A stretch of DNA of 10,434 nt from Candidatus Jordarchaeales archaeon (GTDB lineage Archaea > Asgardarchaeota > Jordiarchaeia > Jordiarchaeales > Freyrarchaeaceae). Within the stretch, counting starts at the first letter, position 1. Each line of letters starts with the position of its first letter. The stretch lies in the NCBI GenBank assembly GCA_038858525.1, contig JAWCFL010000039.1, positions 5,285 through 15,718 of the forward strand. The letters are read 5' to 3'. This document shows, piece by piece, positions 7,898-10,434 of the stretch. The notes under the pieces were generated by a model. The model was not told the origin of the DNA and ran no database searches. It saw only the letters and a list, made by a program, of their open reading frames with translations. Position numbers and translations under genes: made by a program.

Positions 7898-9229
7898 CTA
7901 GTACGTCTCCTGCCTCAAAAACTTGATTGCCTCGTTGAGAGCAACTTGCTCATAGCGTCTCTTTCCGTCTTTGAAGTAGATGGTTACGGTCCCCGTAGAA
8001 GCTTCCTTCTCCCCTACGAACACTATGGCGTTTATCCCCTTTTTCTCGCAGTACTCCAGCTGCTTCTTATAGCTTCTCCTCATCAAGTCTACTTGAACTT
8101 TCAGCCCTTCCCTCCTTAATTCTCTCCCCACGTTATGGGCGTAACTCCAATACTTCTCGTCCATGGATACCACGAAGACTTGGGTGCATGTTTTCCTTTC
8201 CAGGTTGAAGAGGCCAAGCTCAAGGCCGGCGTCTATGATCCTCTCCAGTCCTACGCTCACCCCAGTTGATGGGGTTCTTGGGCCGCCGTACCGCTCGATG
8301 AGGTCGTCGTATCGTCCTCCCCCCGCCAGCGCGCCTATCTTAGGCTCCTCAACGTAAACCTCAAAAATGGGCCCAGTATAGTAATCTAGTCCTCTAACCA
8401 TGCTCAAGTCCAGAGTAAGGTTATTCTTGTGGCTGGATGCATCGATCACTCCCTTAAGGTGGTCCACCGCTGTGCAGACGCTCTCGTTCTCCTTAAACTG
8501 GGCTTCAAGTTCGTTCAGCGTCTCCTCAGGGTTCCCCGAAACATCAACGACACCCATTATTTTTTCAACTTCACTCGACCCTAGGCCTATCCTGGTAAGT
8601 TCAGCCTCAACTCCATCCCGCCCTATTTTCTCGAGTTTATCTATCGCCCTGAAAACTTCCAGCACCTTTCCCTCACCGTACCTTGAGAGGTTGAGCTCTT
8701 CTTCAAAAATTCCTCTCAGAAGACGGCGGTCGTTAAGCCTAACTCTGAACTCGCTGTAGCCAAGAGACTCCATCACGTCGCACACGACGTCGATCACCTC
8801 GGCGTCAGCTTCAGGATAGGGGGAGCCCACGATGTCAGCGTCACACTGCCAGAACTCCCTGTAACGCCCCTTCTGAGGCCTCTCATGCCTCCAGACGCGC
8901 CCAACATGATACCTCTTAAAGGGCAACGTGAGTGCTTGGCCCGCAACGAACCTAGCGAGGGGAACAGTGAGGTCGTATCTCAGAGCAAGCCACTCCCCAC
9001 TCCACGGGTCCTGGAAACGGTAAAGAAGCTTCGACTCGACCTCCTCCCCATACTTACCCTTCAAAGTCTCCCAATACTCGATGACGGGAGTCTCAAAGGG
9101 GTCAAACCCATACCGCTCAAATACACCTTCGATAACTCCTATAATTCTCTTCCTGAGAAGAGTAACTTCTGGAGGAAAATCCCTGAAGCCGCGCGGAACA
9201 CTATACTTAGTCGACGCCGACACCTCCAC
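7898..9229 (-). CDS. hisS: Histidine--tRNA ligase
   Basis: 443 aa. Motifs PRGFRDF, LALRYDLTVPLAR, WRHERPQKGRYREFWQCDAD, VRGLDYYTG, GGGRYD and GLERI, followed by a C-terminal anticodon-binding domain. The start is GTG 9229 or GTG 9223. Confidence 0.96.
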   Translation of the reverse strand: MEVSASTKYSVPRGFRDFPPEVTLLRKRIIGVIEGVFERYGFDPFETPVIEYWETLKGKYGEEVESKLLYRFQDPWSGEWLALRYDLTVPLARFVAGQALTLPFKRYHVGRVWRHERPQKGRYREFWQCDADIVGSPYPEADAEVIDVVCDVMESLGYSEFRVRLNDRRLLRGIFEEELNLSRYGEGKVLEVFRAIDKLEKIGRDGVEAELTRIGLGSSEVEKIMGVVDVSGNPEETLNELEAQFKENESVCTAVDHLKGVIDASSHKNNLTLDLSMVRGLDYYTGPIFEVYVEEPKIGALAGGGRYDDLIERYGGPRTPSTGVSVGLERIIDAGLELGLFNLERKTCTQVFVVSMDEKYWSYAHNVGRELRREGLKVQVDLMRRSYKKQLEYCEKKGINAIVFVGEKEASTGTVTIYFKDGKRRYEQVALNEAIKFLRQETY

Positions 9230-9319
9230 AAGGAAGACGAGACAAAAACTAGATGATAGGAGAGATAAAATTAACGCTCAAAGAGCAAGAAACGAAAAGT
9301 ATGAGGGTGCCGGGCGGGA

Positions 9320-9339
9320 CTCTCGTGGTTGAGCACCAA
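9320..9339 (-). other. tRNA intron 4, T-loop position 59/60 (20 nt)
   Basis: TTGGTGCTCAACCACGAGAG. This is a complete hBHBh': outer helix GCGGG/CCCGC, central helix TTCG/CGAG, bulges AT|T and AG|T, inner helix TGGT/ACCA. Confidence 0.85.
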
Positions 9340-9360
9340 ATCGAACCCGCGACCCCAGGA

Positions 9361-9380
9361 TTGCACGCGCGTGAAGCGCC
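9361..9380 (-). other. tRNA intron 3, predicted position 38/39 (20 nt)
   Basis: GGCGCTTCACGCGCGTGCAA. The inner helix is GCGC/GCGC and both cuts fall in 3-nt bulges (AA|G, AA|T). The central helix is imperfect: GCA(G)C/GTGC. The register is ambiguous over the flanking GCAA repeat. Confidence 0.6.
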
Positions 9381-9381
9381 T

Positions 9382-9400
9382 TGCTGCCCCCAAGCCGGGT
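9382..9400 (-). other. tRNA intron 2, canonical position 37/38 (19 nt)
   Basis: ACCCGGCTTGGGGGCAGCA. The central helix is CTGT/GCAG, with bulges GG|A and CA|A and an inner helix CCC/GGG. Confidence 0.8.
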
Positions 9401-9415
9401 CCACAGTCCTGTGCT

Positions 9416-9431
9416 TACGGGGTTCTAAGCT
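9416..9431 (-). other. tRNA intron 1, position 22/23 (16 nt)
   Basis: AGCTTAGAACCCCGTA. The central helix is TGGG/CCCG with bulges AG|A and TA|A. Of the four registers allowed by the AGC repeat, only 22/23 gives a 4-bp central helix. The inner helix is weak (relaxed BHB). Confidence 0.75.
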
Positions 9432-9481
9432 CTCCCAAGCTGAGCTACCGGCACCTCATCGAGAAATTAGAAGAAAACAAT

Positions 9482-9497
9482 TTTTAAAAGTTTTCTA
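9482..9497 (-). promoter_or_regulatory. BRE + TATA box of tRNA-His
   Basis: Minus strand TAGAAAAC TTTTAAAA. The TATA lies 28-35 nt upstream of G1, consistent with a short 5' leader. Confidence 0.65.
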
Positions 9498-9513
9498 TTT
9501 TTATTTCCACTAC

Positions 9514-9600
9514 TTACCGTTGTCGGATAGTTAACTTTTTATAACTATCCGTTCCACCTCTTTAAGTTCATCGGTGGCTTTCGCCGCCAACGGTAAAGGA
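9514..9600 (-). ncRNA. Predicted TnpB omegaRNA/reRNA scaffold (element right end) overlapping the tnpB 3' end
   Basis: A perfect 10-bp hairpin CGGATAGTTA/TAACTATCCG (9524-9551) spans the stop codon. There is also a GAAA-tetraloop hairpin (9571-9590) and a 9-bp long-range complement TTACCGTTG/CAACGGTAA (9596-9588 with 9522-9514). TnpB guide scaffolds are known to derive from the right end. Confidence 0.6.
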
Positions 9601-10434
9601 CGGCACATTGGGAGCTTCATGGCTATATTCCATGCAGCGACAAGGTGTCTATCTGCCTGGAACCCGCACCGCCTACACTTGAAGACATGCCCATTCGGCT
9701 TATTCAACCCGCCACACATCGGGCACGTCCTAGAGGTGTTCTTAGCGTCAACTATTTCAGGATTAAAGCCATGCTCCATCGACTTATAAGAAATGTAAAG
9801 CTGGATTCTCCTGAATGGCATGCTGTGGAGCCTCCTATTCATCACCCTACCATACCGAATCCTCCCCCTGATATGGGTGAGCTCCTCCATTACAGGCTTA
9901 ACGTTTTCCTCGGCAACTATACGGGTTACAATCTTCGCCGCCCTATGGAGTACGTCGTTTACCCTCCGCCTCTCCCTCCCAGAATACTTCGATAACAGCC
10001 TAGCTCTTGTCTTCCCCGAGGTCTTGCTCTGAATGCTCCTCCTCTTCCTGAAGTACCTGCCTCTAATGTGTTTTGCCTCACTTATATCTATCTTGATGAA
10101 CCTAACCTTACCCGGCTTCACAACAGCCAAATCTACACTACACTCATTAACATCGATGCCTAGTATGCCTTCAGCCTCCCCCTCCTCAACAGTCCTCCTA
10201 AAAGTAACATGAAGATAGTATTCATTATTAAATTTTACAAGCCTTGAGCCTTTAACCTGCCAGTGCATGAACTTCCTTGAATGCTCATGAACCCTGAACG
10301 GAATCGCGATGTGTCCTTTGTGCGTAGCCAGCCTTACGCATCCCCAACTGAACCAGAACAGGTGGGCGTCGTCCAAAAGAATGCTTATCTTTTCAACCCT
10401 TGGAGGACCAATTTCCTTTCTCCTCCTGGAGAGC
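9531..10434 (-). CDS. tnpB: TnpB family RNA-guided endonuclease (IS200/IS605 OrfB); 5' end beyond the right window edge
   Basis: RuvC-I GILGIDVN (Asp 10152-10154), RuvC-II VMEEL (Glu 9885-9887), NTSRTCPMCG...FKCRRCG zinc ribbon and the RuvC-III region ADRHLVAAWNIA. The frame stays open upstream of the track's TTG at 10376 (…LSRRRKEIGPPRVEKISILLDD…). Confidence 0.93.
   Translation of the reverse strand, partial: LSRRRKEIGPPRVEKISILLDDAHLFWFSWGCVRLATHKGHIAIPFRVHEHSRKFMHWQVKGSRLVKFNNEYYLHVTFRRTVEEGEAEGILGIDVNECSVDLAVVKPGKVRFIKIDISEAKHIRGRYFRKRRSIQSKTSGKTRARLLSKYSGRERRRVNDVLHRAAKIVTRIVAEENVKPVMEELTHIRGRIRYGRVMNRRLHSMPFRRIQLYISYKSMEHGFNPEIVDAKNTSRTCPMCGGLNKPNGHVFKCRRCGFQADRHLVAAWNIAMKLPMCRPLPLAAKATDELKEVERIVIKS

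Larger units (their letters stand above)
9306..9455 (-). tRNA. tRNA-His(GUG) with genome-encoded G-1, C73 discriminator and 75 nt of intervening sequence (four predicted introns); CCA not encoded
   Basis: Acceptor stem GTGCCGG/CCGGCAC, D stem GCTC/GAGC, anticodon stem CAGGA/TCCTG with loop CT-GTG-GA (anticodon at 9404-9402), variable loop GGGTC, T stem GCGGG/CCCGC with loop TTCGATT. The exons 9454-9432, 9415-9401, 9381, 9360-9340 and 9319-9306 sum to 74 nt. G-1 is at 9455. Confidence 0.93.
9514..10434 (-). mobile_element. Right part of an IS200/IS605-family (or solo tnpB) element
   Basis: tnpB plus a structured right end terminating at about 9514-9517. No tnpA or left end is visible in the window. 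Confidence 0.7.

Noticed and set aside
9301-9320. tRNA 3' end as an integrase attachment site
   Set aside because: I saw no duplicate of the tRNA 3' end and no integrase in the window. The mobile element lies on the tRNA 5' side, and TnpB elements do not use att sites.
9367-9379. GCG-CT-TCA-CG-CGC hairpin resembling a UCA (Sec/opal) anticodon arm
   Set aside because: It has C at position 37, only a short stem and no tRNA-Sec features. The G-1/C73 elements, the CT-GTG-GA loop and the neighbouring hisS all indicate His.
9361-9400. A single 39-nt intron at 37/38 or 38/39
   Set aside because: Neither register gives a central helix (CTGT against CGTG; TGTG against GTGC). The two-intron model fits BHB geometry better, though a single intron is not excluded experimentally.
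9361-9414. Alternative BHB using GCAC (24-27) paired with GTGC of intron 3
   Set aside because: The central 4 bp are perfect but there is no inner or outer helix, and cleavage would delete the anticodon.
13-10032. The many short ORFs in the track antisense to, or out of frame within, the major genes (e.g. 13..291, 618..905, 1442..1633, 4699..5121, 8400..8759, 8885..9256, 9253..9534, 9645..9995)
   Set aside because: They are shadow ORFs of well-supported genes or of the tRNA, with no independent motifs.

Overview
Archaeal chromosomal window (BRE/TATA promoters, GGTGA/GGAGG ribosome-binding sites, archaeal-type PEP carboxylase, BHB-intron tRNA). A TACK- or Asgard-like lineage is inferred, not proven. 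From left to right it holds: (1) a secreted clostripain-family (C11) peptidase with an N-terminal accessory domain and C-terminal DTDGDG Ca-binding repeats (minus strand, <1..1979, absent from the ORF track because it runs off the window); (2) a solo hdrB; (3) an isocitrate/isopropylmalate/tartrate dehydrogenase-family gene; (4) an HdrD/GlpC-like Fe-S/CCG protein; (5) ppcA; (6) hisS; (7) a tRNA-His(GUG) gene directly upstream of hisS; (8) the 3' part of an IS200/IS605-type tnpB with a structured right end (omegaRNA scaffold). The most striking feature is the tRNA-His. It folds into a cloverleaf only after 75 of its 149 nt are removed, best explained as four BHB-type introns (22/23, 37/38, 38/39, 59/60) with a one-nucleotide exon between the two anticodon-loop introns. 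Secondary points of interest are a Lys replacing the S1 Asp in the C11 peptidase and a His replacing the RuvC-III Asp in TnpB.
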